Shown: positions 13,937 to 26,118 of the stretch, piece by piece
Layout of the letters: every line of letters starts with the position of its first letter
How positions within the stretch are numbered: the stretch's first letter is position 1
Made by a program: the position numbers and the translations under genes
Assembly: GCF_011386835.1 (NCBI RefSeq)
Contig: NC_088796.1
Location: forward strand, 104,346,001-104,410,000
Length of the DNA: 64,000 nucleotides
Source of the DNA: Chrysemys picta bellii
Lineage: Eukaryota
Direction: 5' to 3'
The notes under the pieces: generated by a model
Seen by the model: only the letters and a program-made list of their open reading frames with translations
The model's database searches: none
Told to the model about the DNA's origin: nothing

Positions 13937-15907
13937 CTTATGGTAAGATTGGGCAACATTGTAATTATAATAGATTAGTGTAGATGAATCACCAGCAATG
14001 ACTTATTCTTGCCAACACCGGTTGACACTGACCCTATGAGACAAAGGGTCCCCCATTAAAATGTTAAAAATAAATAGCTTTTTGATTTTAAACCCACTGT
14101 AAGAGAAGATTATGTACTGTGCCAGATTTTCAAAAAAGAGCTCAGCACTCAACAGCTTCCACTGTTCTTTTTAAAAGATGTACAGAGAAGACTATCACCA
14201 TGCCTTGCATACCTTCAGCCAATCGTTAACCTGGTGCTTCTTGCCTTCTTAGTGTTTGACTCTGTAATGTTAACATTCTTTTAAAATCCTTTTTTGTATG
14301 GAATTACTTAGGATTTTTTTTTTTTTTAAGAAAATGAAAAAAAAAACCTCCATCCTGTTCAACTGTAACAAAATCCTACCTAAGTAACCATAAGGATTTG
14401 AATCCACAACCTTCAAATCCACAGCACAGAGCCCCACTATTTGAGCTAAAGATACCAGAGCAAATAGCAGTAGTAGGTTGTTAGCCTTTTTTATGCACTA
14501 GCCATTAGAAAGGAACATGACACACACTTTGCCAGTAGGTTACAGAACTACTTGTCAGACAGTAGTAGAATGCTGGAAATCAAAATTCTTGGGTTCTATT
14601 CTTGATTCTGGGAAGGGAAGGTGGTCTAATGGTTAGACCATTGGGCTGAGAGTTAGGAATTTTGGCTGCTGTTTGTTAATGATTCTCTGCATTTGCATAA
14701 TGCTCATTCATCTAAGTTTCAAAGTACTTCTGAATATGGGAATGCAAGAGTAACCTCATTTTACAGACGGCATAACCAAACACATAAATTTGGCATATTC
14801 ATTTTGAGAGTCAGTGTGGCTAAGTCTTGGGTCTAATGCTAGCCCTGAAGCTCAGCTAAAAATAACTGCGCAACTCTTTCAGATCCTTAGGCATCTGTCA
14901 TTGATGTCACATCATGGTGCTACTAATGATAAGGCCTTACTAGTTATGCTTTATAGGTGGAGAAGTAACTATGTTCTGTAGCTAAGGATGCCTAATCTTT
15001 CTGTTTTCAGTTGCTTGTAACATCCACAAAATGTAACTGTTTGGACTAAAATGGCTCGTGATTGCTCTGTGCCTCCTGATGAACTTTTTTTTAAATGTTT
15101 CAGCAAAAACTGCGATAGTTGCTAGAGAGTGAGGCAAGTTAAAAACTGGTATATTTCATTTGCCAATATTAAAAAAACAGTTAAAAAAATTTCCAGTAGC
15201 CTCAGCATTTAGAGCAGAATCTTAAAATTTAGTAGGAAGATAGTCCTGAGATTGGAGAGGTGCCTTGCACAGGACAGTGAAAATCCATTCAAATATAGTT
15301 AAGTTATAAGCCATTGCGAAGGTGATGGGGGGGGGGGGTAAGACTCACCATTTCCACATGCTCAGTAGAACCTTTTAGAAACGTGCTCTTAATTTTTGGA
15401 ACATTCCAGCTGCATTAAGCAAACTCCAAACTCCACAGAATTACAACTTCAATATGGGGAGAGTAATTGCAGAAGCAGTAGCTTCATCTCCCAACTCAGC
15501 ATACCATTTGGCCTAGGGAAAAGTGCACTCATATGGGAGCCAGGAGACCAGTCCCCGCACCAAACCCAGGGGCTACTAGAGATCTTTAAAAAAATAAAAG
15601 TGATAGGGGAAAAAAATTAATGTTGGCAAAAATGTCTAGTTTTAACCAGCCCTACTCTCAGCAACAATTGCACGTTTTTTTCCCTCAAACATTCAAAAAA
15701 AAAGTTCATCAGGTTGCAGAGACTTAGCATGAAAAATTTCAGTCCAGACAAGTTCGTCAAAGTTATAAGCAATTGAAAATAATAAATTAAGTACAGAACA
15801 TAGTTACTTCTCCATCTGTAAGGCATCGCTGGTAAGCCCTGATCATTGACTGCACCAGTTCCAATCAGACTCATCGGACTCAGATTCTTTATGACAACAT
15901 ATCTGAG

Positions 15908-15909
<2 letters not shown>

Positions 15910-15941
<32 letters not shown>
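15910..15941. repeat. (CA)16 microsatellite
   Basis: Uninterrupted CA dinucleotide run. Confidence 0.98.
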
Positions 15942-15946
<5 letters not shown>

Positions 15947-16074
15947 CTAGCATCCCTAGGCACCAATAAATGCATGGTCTTGGCCTAATCACTAATAAAA
16001 CAAACTAGTATTTAATGAATGCAAGTACAAAGACTTGACATCCATCTATTTCTGCTTGAAAATGGGGTAAACAC

Positions 16075-16320
16075 TGATGAAAAATCCACACCGCTGAGCG
16101 AGGTAGTTATACTGGCCTACCGTCCCCCCTCCGCCCTATAGTGACGGGAGAGCTTCTCCTGCCGACATAGCTACCGCCTGTCAGGGAGGTAGATTAACAA
16201 CACTGACAGATGCAGTTAAGCTCTCCCGTCGGCATAGCAACATCTTCACTGAAGTGTTACAGCGGCGCAACTGCATTAGTGCAGCGGTGCCAATGCAGGG
16301 TTTTAAGTGTAGATCTGCCC
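16075..16320. mobile_element. PIF/Harbinger MITE, left end missing
   Basis: Right terminus agtgtagatctgccc followed by tta; internal palindromic gggagagcttctcc motifs. Confidence 0.7.
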
Positions 16321-18933
16321 TTACTTGCTGAAACTCTCAGATCAGTACAAAACTTTCTACTCTGAGTATTTTGGTTTTACCCATATTTGTCACAAAGAAA
16401 AAGAGAAAGAAACAAAGAAACCTTAGCCTGGGCAGGAGAACATTTCATTTTAAGGGGCTAACCAAAACATAAAAATAATAAGTGACACACACAGGCAGAA
16501 AACTATTAGATTTATGGCACTTTCCCCATTTTTGTTTAGGAAATAACTATGATATGTGAAGAGAATAAGGTCCTTCTCAAACACCACCTCATAAAACTTC
16601 AAAGAAATAACAGCAATGAGGAGTTTATGTTCTTTATCATTGATATGGTTATGACATCAATTTTATCAATTTTTTCATAATTTAGAAACCCTACATTTAC
16701 AAACATACACTATCAAGGAGGAATAATACTCCTGGGTTATGTGAGATATTCGGCTGTTTCAGATGAAAAGCACATCAGTTTTCAGGGATAGCTGAATATT
16801 CATCAGAGAGTCTGCTACAGGGGCCAATTCTGCCATTATAACTCAGTAATCAGTCCCATGGATTTCAAGTGGAATGCTCCAGTAAAGAGGTACTACCAGG
16901 TGTGTGTGGTGGTTTCTCTCCCCTCACCCCCTTCCTCTCTGAGGAGAAGAGAAAAGAAGCCCAGCTCCCCAGGAAATCACTGTTCTTTTCCTGCATGGAT
17001 AGGGGGAAGTCAGAGAGAGAAGGCTGAACATGTACATTTTTCACAAGACAGGCGAAGCGGGAGAGAGTGGAACCTCTGAGCCTGTAAAGTGCCCAGCAAC
17101 TGAGCCTGCTCCACTACCTTCTCCATCTGCTCTCTCTCCTCCCGTGCTATGAATAATGCAGCAGGCCAACTTCTTCATCCCTCCCCTGCCTGAAAAAGCC
17201 TATGGGTGGATGACTGTGCTCCTTTCTAGGGAACATCGCTTTGAATCTTGGAGAAAGAAATGGAGAAGCAAAGGCCACAGCTGCTATTGGAGGGTTTCTG
17301 CCTCTTTCCCTCACAACAGCCAGCTACTGCTGCTCATCCCTGTGGGACATCACATGAAAACACAGTACAATGGAACAAGGAGGGACCTAAAAGAGACAAT
17401 GCAGAAAGTACCATGCAATGTGGTACAACTGACAGGTCTGCTACCTAATTGCAGCCACTTACATCCCTAAAGTCTCAGTACTGCAAGTGAGTGGCCTTCA
17501 CATTGATTCTTAGTAAAAACAGCATGTCAGTCAGGGAGAACAAATTAACAAAAGCTGTCTACAAATAAAGTTTATATAAGTTTAGACATTTTTATTTTAA
17601 CTTCACTGTAAAGACTCAAAAGAAAAAAATAGATGATATTTAGAACTGAAAAATAGAATCACCTAATCTCTGTTAGCTGAAGAACCAGTGAGCAGCCAGC
17701 AGCATGCCTCTGAATGACTAGCTTTGCAGAGAATTGTAATACTTCTCTCCATGGTCCAAGCTGCTGTGAGCTCATCAGGCTTTTGCTCAAGTGTCTCCAG
17801 CGGCTTCTAGTCAGTTTCAGATCACAGTTCAAGGCCATGGGCCTAATCTTCAAAGCAAGTAATAGCTTAAGACATATCTATGTAAAAGACCAAACTGCCT
17901 GTGTATTAACTGCCCCGACAATTGTGCTTCTCTAGAACAACACAGATCACAAAACCCAGGAAGAAGCACGTGAGAGCCAGAGAAATAGCACTCTCAACCA
18001 AGGCGATAAGGATATAGAACTAACTTCCACAGATTTAGCAAATCACAAACCTGACCATCTTCACAGCGCATGACAAATCCTTCCACTTCAAAAAAGCCTT
18101 CCTGCCCAAGCAAGAATGACACTTGCAGCAATGGCATTTTCTGCCTACAGAAATAGATATAAACCTATGACACAAACAAATCAACCAAAATATCCAAACC
18201 CACATAACAAGAAAAAAATACCCTAGTCAGAGTTTTTAATACAGAAAACAGCTGGAGACTCCAAGAAGCCTACTAAAGATTTCACTATTTATTTTACATA
18301 GCAGATGCTCAGATACCAAGGTGATGGGCAGCAGCATAAAAAAAACTAAAACAGACTACAGCAGCTAAAGCAAGTAACAGAGACCAAACATGTCATAATT
18401 CACTGTATGACCGTTGGCATGCCTTTTCTTCCCAAATCAATCCATCCATAGAACGGGAACAATAAAATCTCAATGAAAAACAACATGTTACACCTAAGTG
18501 TGTTTTCTTGGAACCTAAATAGCTTGTGGATCTTTGCAAGAAAAGCACTATTTAAGTGAATCAAAAATAAAGGAAAAGGAAATTACTGAAATTTAAAGCT
18601 AGCCCTTAAACTGACCATAGAGACCTCTATGCAATGCTTTTTTGCAGACAAAACATATGCATAATTACCAGCACATTGAATGTTAATGAAAGTGTGATAA
18701 AAGCAGCCATGCACATAGAAGGTAATTAATCTAGTTGAAGCTGAGTTTTATTAAAATCACCTATAGGATTGGCATTTTGGATTACTAGTTTATTTTTACC
18801 CACCTCACTTTAGATAATCCAGTAATCCTGGATTACAATGCAATGATGCCACTTCTCAGAAAAACTTTTTTCCCTGCTACAGGCTGGTGGTACTTTTAGG
18901 AGTGGCCCTGGTCCAGGCCACGCTATCACCTAC

Positions 18934-19242
18934 AGCATTGCCAACTCTCACAATTTTATCATGAGTCTCACAATATTTATTCTTCTTCTTTAAGCCCCAA
19001 TTCCTGGAGTCAAGAGATGGCAGGAGAATCTCAGTTTTCATTTTAAAAAATGAAAGAAGTTTCTAGCTGTCTGGTTATGCAGAGGAGCCTGACAGTTTGA
19101 AGTGAATGTACCCTGAAGGCTCATAAAGCAGAAGGTGAATAAAAAGAATCCAAAACATATTTGAGGGTTTGGAATTTTTTTAAATCTCATGATTTTGGAG
19201 GAGACTAATTCATGATTTTTGAACACCTGGGGTGGCAACACT
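18934..19242. mobile_element. Non-autonomous DNA element with agcattgccaac / gtggcaacact termini
   Basis: Inverted termini; internal sequence homologous to 32103-32400 and 6629-6895; degenerate 8-bp flanks tcacctac/acatctat. Confidence 0.6.
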
Positions 19243-19642
19243 ACATCTATGCTTAGTTTCCCCCTATCATGTGATGGAGACTGGATTACATCTCACCTTG
19301 GTGGGATAGGGACAGCAGAATAGGCAGGTCCTATCTCCCAGTAGAGTCACAGAGAGAGATACCCTTGCCTCCCTACCTGAAGAGAACAGGGAGTATCAGG
19401 AGTACTCCCATTGGGAGACCTGAAAGGGAACAGCAGCAGCGGTGGTTAGGTTTCATCAGGTAAGGATAAAGACTGCCTGGGATGACATGTGAATCCCTAA
19501 TACAAGGGGAGGAAAGTCACCCTGACCCTTGTGAAAGGGTTGTGGAGGCTCAAGATGGCTCAGGAGTGCCTGGAACGGATAGGTGATTCAGACCTGACAA
19601 GAAGTTGTGGATGGGAAGAGTTTCTAGTTTAAGTGTTAGGAT

Positions 19643-20090
19643 TAGAACTAGCTGGGAAACTGAATTTCAGTTCTGCAAAACAAAAAGCAAGAGTTTTTGA
19701 AAATATTTGATCTCAAATTGCTACAAAAACCCAAAACCTTAAAGTTTTCCATGGAACCGAAATTCAATATTTAGTCTCACAAAAACTCTGAAATGTTCCT
19801 GCTATGGGAACATATCAGTTTTGGAAACAAATTACTGCTCTCCTAGGGAGCCAATCAGCATGGGGAGTCACAACTACACAGCAGCCCACCAGCCTGGGGA
19901 GCTCCAGCTCACCAAGCGGACTGCTGAGAAGAGGAGGCAGAAAACCTGCCTAGTTTATGTCAGAAACCTATCTGATTATTGTTGGAAGTTTCATCAAAAT
20001 TGACACATTCTGCGGGAACATGTCAATTTCTACAAATCCATATTTTTCCTACAGAAAAATATTAATTTGTAAAATTTCCAAACAGCTCTA
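19643..20090. mobile_element. Non-autonomous hAT-like element, 448 bp
   Basis: Termini tagaactagctgggaaa / tttccaaacagctcta; flanks gttaggat/gctcggat (6/8) fit an 8-bp TSD. Confidence 0.6.
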
Positions 20091-21267
20091 GCTCGGATAT
20101 ATTTTGGGTGCTGGTAAAACTGTTAAACTGGGCCCCAAGTAGACTTTATTTTGGAACTTTAATTGTTTGTTGAACAGAAAAATAAACCCCATCCACCCAG
20201 TTCCTCTTTAAAATCATTTACATAATACTTACATGCAATTTTCCAATTCAGCTAGTCTTTATAAAGTGATACATCTCTTGGAGTATAGCATACAAAGAAA
20301 ACTGCCAGAGGTTTACAAAGAAAGCCTAACATTAAGATAACTTATATAGAACAACTCATCCTATTAGACCCTATGTTACAAGCTACATTAATATGTATAG
20401 TTTAATTTACTACTAAAATTGAGACTATGGTGGTATAGAATGTAGCTGTTTTAACAGCACACAGCAATAGTACACACCAGTTTAGGACAGGAACTGAAGA
20501 ATGCCATATCCACTTCAAACTGCAATGGGAATATAGGTAGATAGAATTTCATTAAACAAACCGGTCATGATTGGGACCACCTTGTAGTTGCCATGCTTTC
20601 TACCTCCCACTTTCCTCCCATCCTCTTAGGAACTACGATACTATAATATTAAACAAAGCGTTTTAATATATAGAAAATGTGAAAGCAACAAGAGATATAA
20701 AAGGTTTTTATTCATTTTAAACATTCTTATATTCAATTTTCTTTAAGACAACTATATACTCATTGTTTAAAAGTCAGACCTACATATTATATGCAAACTG
20801 TGAAGAGATCTGAAAAAATAGAAACTGTAAACTGCTGCCACATAGATTTACAGCTTTAAGAGTATGTGACTACCTAAATGAAAATTCAGATGTTCCTCTA
20901 TTCACTGTACGGTAGTTGTAAAGCATACCTTCTGGTTCCCCAAAGGGATGGGACAATACTGAAAATACTTTCATTCTGTTCTCTTGTCCCACTTGGGGAA
21001 AAGCATTTGAATGAATAGTTCTGCTCAGAGCTGAGTGTAGTACAAGTGTCTGTTTATAGATATGGTAATAAAAATCTCATTTTGGTGTTCACCTGACTAG
21101 AGCTGGAATGAACTCAACAAGAGAGGAATGGGAATGTATTTACTACAAGTAAATGAATGAATATATAATCTGTTGTCTGTGAAGGGGGAAATTTACATGT
21201 CTAACTCCCAATGACTTACAATGGGAATTAGGTGTCTCACTACCATTTGTGCTTTTGAATGACTATA

Positions 21268-21530
21268 GGGTATGTCTCCACAGCAGCTGGAAGTGTGCTT
21301 CCCAACACATCTGTCTGCCTGTGCTAACTCCACTCAAGCTAACGCACTAAAAACAGCAGCATGGCTGTGGCGGCACAGGCACCCAAATACATACCCAGGA
21401 TGTTGGGCGAGTTTGTACTAGAGCTAGCCACTGTGACTGCACTATTTTAGTGCACTAGGTCAAGCCGAGCTAGCGCGTTAGTCTACCAGTGCACCGACGC
21501 ATACTCCAAACTGCTGTAGAGACATAGCCC
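21268..21530. mobile_element. PIF/Harbinger MITE, 263 bp
   Basis: TIRs gggtatgtctccacagcag / ctgctgtagagacatagccc. Confidence 0.8.
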
Positions 21531-23103
21531 TAGTTACTTTAATGCCAAGCTATAATGCCAATGTGATTAGGAACTCAATTTTTCAACTTGTTGTAGGTAG
21601 TGTAAAGATGCTCACTGTGTAACATGAAAACACCCTGTTAAATAAAGAGATCTGATTATTATATAATGTTTCTCAAAACAAAACCTCACTGTTGTAATGT
21701 TTATTTTGTATGATATTTTCATGGCAATGATTTGTAAACTTGTTAAAACTTTCTAAATAAATTAGTTAAAAAAGAAACTCAATTTGTTCTATTCTGATGT
21801 GAATATAATCAATTTTAATAAACTCAAGTGAAGTGCATTACAGATATAACTCATTTTAATGATACTGTAATTCCTGTTCAGCCAACAAGTTACTGCAGAG
21901 TCTTCTCTTAGTGAATTTTCTCCCCATAGGTGAAGGGGAAGAGAAAACTCAGTGAGTTTTCATTATCAGGAGAGCTTATTTAACTCTCCCTTCATCATTT
22001 AGGCAATGAGTGAGAATCCCAAGATCTGTGGGTGTCCTGTGCCTCTACATAGCTACTCTCATGGATCATTCCCACACAATAAGGCTCTGTGAGAAGCCAT
22101 GCTTCCATTAGCTGTCTACTCCTACATCTGCGGAGCATAGAAGTGGTGTATAAATACTGCTTGAGCAATGTTAACATCCACTGGGTCTAATAGCGATGCT
22201 TTATTCTCCCCCTGTGCCTTCCTGACCCTGTTAGCAACAACTTGGAGAGACCCAACCAGGCCAACTTCTGCAAAAGGAGTGGAAAGAAATATGCCAGAGA
22301 ACTAGTACCCCAACTGCCCCATTGCTGAGCCGTCTTGCCAAAATCCTCTTCTTGTTTGGCAAATATTTATAGCAGAGTACAGTGGTAAGGTCTTATCCTT
22401 CCTTATTTTCATTAAATACGCCTGTTACCAAACAGAAGCGATTAAACTATAACTGTCAAGATTACTCAGGTGTCTCTCTATGATGCATTATCCCTGCTTT
22501 GTGTAGTGTTTGAACAATTTTCACTAAGGTAACTGACAGCAGGCCACCCTTTGCATTTCAAGGAACTACATGACACATGTGCCACAAACCCTCGCTTTTA
22601 AGCCAACGCGGCTTTATTCAAGGACCAAAACGGTGCAATCAAATTGCTGTCACAACCGCAGGCGTGATTCGTCATTCTGGTTGGGATGCAGGTGTAGCTC
22701 CTAACCTTGGTCGGGGGGGGGGGGGGGCCTGCCGGGCTGCTCTTTCCAATGGGGGCAACCAGCAGGGCGAGCGGGGGGCAAGTCGGCACCACTGAAATGC
22801 AGCTAGCTCCGGGGTGGCGCAGGCGGCTGAACGCTGGCCCGGGCACAAAGGGGTGCGGCAGAGGCCGGCGGCCCGCAGGGGGGCTCAGGGCCTCCCTAGC
22901 CCAGGCAGTGAGGGGCGGGCAAGGACCAAGGCAGCCCTAGCAGGATGCGCGCTCAGCGCGGGGCTGGAAGGGCCCCACCCGGAGGAGGCCGGGCAAGGGA
23001 GGAAGAGCCGGGGGTGCCCAGGTGACGGGGGGGCTCCGTGGGGGCACTGCCCCCCCCTCGCAGCCCTGCCCAGGGCCGGGAGGACCTGCCCTCTCTCTGG
23101 TAC

Positions 23104-23220
23104 CTGGCACTGACTCAGCTCCTCAGCCAGGTTCCTGAGCTCTTCCTCCAGCTCCAGGACCCGAGATGCTGCTGCTGCTGCCGCCGCCGAGAGCGGCTCC
23201 TTGCGTTTGCTGGAAGCCAT
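23104..23220 (-). CDS. CNTLN: Centlein, first coding exon (39 aa, MASSKRKEPLSAAAAAAASRVLELEEELRNLAEELSQCQ)
   Basis: VLELEEELRNLAEELSQCQ matches the end of human CNTLN exon 1 as I recall it (LLEEELSSLKEELALCQ). Phase-0 donor CAG|gtacca at the same position; good Kozak context gagcATGG; inside a CpG island. Confidence 0.85.
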
Positions 23221-23298
23221 GCTCGGGGAGCAGGTCGCCGCTCTGGGCCTAGGGGAAGGGGTTGCACCCCTTCTGCCCGCCCGCTCCAGAAAAAAAAG

Positions 23299-23600
23299 TT
23301 GCCGTGAACCAAGCACATTAAACTATCCGGCTTTTTTTTTCCCCATTGACCGTGCGCGGGCGGCGCCGGAAACCGCAGAAAAAAGGACGCAGCGCGATGA
23401 TGACGACGACGTCAGTTTAACGGACAGCAAAAGAGCAAGCGGTGGGGAGAAGGGATTGGAAGGTTAGCTTCGTTTTCGATAGCTCATGGGTCCCGGACGC
23501 GCATGCGTGGTTTTTTTCGCGCCATTGGCTTCGCTCTTTGCCGCCCTCAGCGCCGGGCTGGTGGCTGAGTGAGCGCTGCGTAGCGAAGGGGGCGGTGTAA
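23299..23600 (-). promoter_or_regulatory. CNTLN: TATA-less promoter motif cluster (NRF1, CCAAT, GC box, ETS, CRE-like)
   Basis: NRF1-like CGCGCATGCGTG at 23498-23509 (11/12 to YGCGCAYGCGCR); ATTGG at 23524-23528; GGGGCGG near 23589; CCGGAA near 23366; GACGTCA near 23408; X-box-like GTTGCCGTGAAC at 23299-23310. Confidence 0.6.
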
Positions 23601-25870
23601 CGAGGGTGATGGGGCCCAGCTGTAGATCCAGCCCTGTGACCTAACCATTAGAAGTGGTGGGAGCGGAGCCAGCAGTGAGCTGGATCCAGCCAGAGCTGGG
23701 GCTTTGGGCCGGATCAGGATCCAGTTGGTCTGGGCGGGCTGAGGGCCGCTGGATACGGAGGGGAGGAGACAGGGTGCTTGGCTTGACTTCGGCGTGAGGT
23801 GCTCAGGGGCAGCACTCAGCCACCATTGAAGTCAATGGGTGACCGCTAGTTTCCATAAACCTCCCCCCGCCCGTGTCTGCCGCCTCCGGCCCCGCGACGC
23901 CGCGGTGGGAGGGGAATGCCACGTGGGTACCGGCGTTTTGCACAAAAATCCTGAATGCAGGAGTTCAGCCATGATTGCACAAGGCGTGTAAATGCAGCCA
24001 TGTAAACGGGTATCTGCCCAGCTCTTCGCATACACATTTCCTCCCTTTGCTTCTCCACTGCAGGTGGACTTCTGCGTCCTCTTCCGTCCCCCCACTCTGC
24101 ACTCCCACACACCGCTGAAAATGTGGGGCCCTGAATGTGTTGCCGCACAACATACAAGTAAAATCCTTCATCTCCCAGAAAGGGGGGTTGGGGACTTCCA
24201 AGGGGCTGCTGCTGCTGCAAGCTTTAGTTCAGGGGGAAATTCCATTCTCTTTAATGATGGTTTTCTCTGGGGAAGCACTTTTGGATCAGACTTGAAATGA
24301 GTGTTTTTCTTGATCATTTTTAGTCTTCCTTATCCCAAAGGGGGGGGGGGGGATTGACAGGTCTTTATCAGCCCGTAGCCCAACATTTTTATATTTGTTT
24401 TCCAGCCCCTTGATAAACTGTGCTGATCCATCAAGTTCCTTTGATAATCCTTAGAGCCTCCCATGCAAGAGTCTCAGTTCTGGTATAAGGGTCGGTATCT
24501 TGATTAGCCTGAGTCTTCTAGCCCATCTTTCCAAATCGTCATCTCAGAGCGCCTATATTTGCAGCCAGCAGCAGCATGAGAAGAACATCAGTATATACAA
24601 AATTCTTATTCAAGCCCAAATAGTTCATTTTAATGTGCATCTGTTTCAAATGAAGCATCATTTAACTTAGGTCAGGTTTTACTATAAACATTTGATGGTA
24701 TAGTAATGTCATTTGGGGTGTGTTTTTATTTCATTTGTGTACTGGCAAAAGCACTAGGTGTAGACAAAGTTATACCAACATAAAAGTGCTTTTGCTGGTT
24801 AGCAAGAGTACTTTCTTAAGCACAATCGTCAAAGAAACAAAACAGGATGCCACCTGTTGGCAGCCTCCAATATCACTAATTCAAAAAGAAAATTCACAGA
24901 ATTATAACACTAATTTTCTTTTAAATTAAAAATGCTATTCTGCAAACAAGTTTTATGTTTTAAAGGTTTACTTTTTGCCAACTCCCCTTCCCTCCTCCCT
25001 ACAATCAACAGTTTTGTGCAAAGCAATCCAACACCAAAGGGAAGTAACACCTTAACATCAGTAAACAATAGAAACCAAGATTGTCCAGACTGTTGCTAAC
25101 AACTGGAAAGTCCTAAAACATTTTACAATTACCAATTTATACAGATCTCAAATATACAGTATACCCTTGGAAATTCACTTACATGAAAATGTCTTGTTTA
25201 AATGCTGAATTCAAGATACACGCCCCACCAGTCAGTTTTTTAAAGCTAAATAATTTTAAAGCCCCTCTTCAAATTCTGTGTAATAGGAGTTATTTTTCAA
25301 GTCCTTTGGTTATGGCAGTAAATAAGTACCACGATTATGTGGTCTGTCAAAAGTATAATAAAGTCAAAATGTTACAGAACTTCGTCGCCCCTCAGCATTT
25401 CTAGCCCTGCATTTTCAATTCTATGATTCTAATAAAATCATTGCTGGAGTGAGACAATTCAGTGCCCTAGGCACACCTGGTCCCACCCCATGCCTTGTAT
25501 TCACCCTCACTTAGAATGTCAGTGACAGGTACTCACTCCTTCCTGTGAAGAAAGAGGAGCAACAGGGATCTTCTCTGCCAGGCACAAGTGACATCAAGAG
25601 GCCCTCAGCACTTAGCAAAGCACCAGGGTATAGCTACCCAGGTGGATTCTACTGTTTTCTTCTCCTGCCACCCACAGACCTCAGGTGCAGCTTTGGGTGG
25701 GGCTTCCCAAAGCTGTGGGAGTTGGTGTTAAAAGACCATTGAGGTAACTAGAGCTGTTGTTTCAGGCTGACTGAAGACTCAAGCAGACATCATTGCACTG
25801 GAAATTACATTTTCAAGTTTTTCTTCGTAACCACAAAGGCTGGCAATTTTGTCTTTTAAAATGAAATCTT

Positions 25871-26118
25871 AGATTATATCTACACTACGGACCTTGTGCA
25901 GACATAGCCCATTAGTGTAGACACAGCCTACAACAACAGATGGAGTTTTTCAGTCAGTGTAGGAACACCACCTCTCTGCACAATGTAAGGTACATTGGCA
26001 GAAGCACACTTTTATTGACATAGCTGTGTCTACACTGGAGGTTTGGTCAGCATAACTAGGTCAGGGTGTGTCTTCACTCCCATGACTGATGTAGGTCTGC
26101 AATATAACTTTTAAGTGT
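25871..26118. mobile_element. Degenerate PIF/Harbinger MITE
   Basis: tatatctacacta left end; internal tagtgtagacacagcc and gctgtgtctacact motifs; decayed right end; boundaries approximate. Confidence 0.55.

Larger units (their letters stand above)
22580..24150. promoter_or_regulatory. CNTLN: CpG island spanning the CNTLN promoter, exon 1 and start of intron 1
   Basis: Sharp rise in GC and CpG content relative to AT-rich flanks; not bounded by TIRs or TSDs; boundaries estimated by eye. Confidence 0.85.

Noticed and set aside
17659-17853. Minus-strand 64-aa ORF ending near a possible donor, as a CNTLN exon
   Set aside because: No similarity to centlein exon 2 and no convincing acceptor.
22713-22727. 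Long poly-G runs (also about 688, 15326, 24339, 56992) as functional G-quadruplexes
   Set aside because: They are simple homopolymers with unreliable assembled length and no further evidence of function.
22885-23316. 143-aa minus-strand ORF as a single-exon protein
   Set aside because: It starts at a non-ATG codon and reads through the CNTLN exon 1 donor at 23103 into GC-rich intron. Only 23104-23220 has recognisable homology.
23832-24300. ORFs of 78-124 aa on both strands upstream of CNTLN
   Set aside because: These are CpG-island composition artefacts with no recognisable protein family or splice structure.
25418-25431. Isolated ATTCTATGATTCTA CR1-type tail
   Set aside because: No CR1 body upstream; too short to separate extreme truncation from chance.
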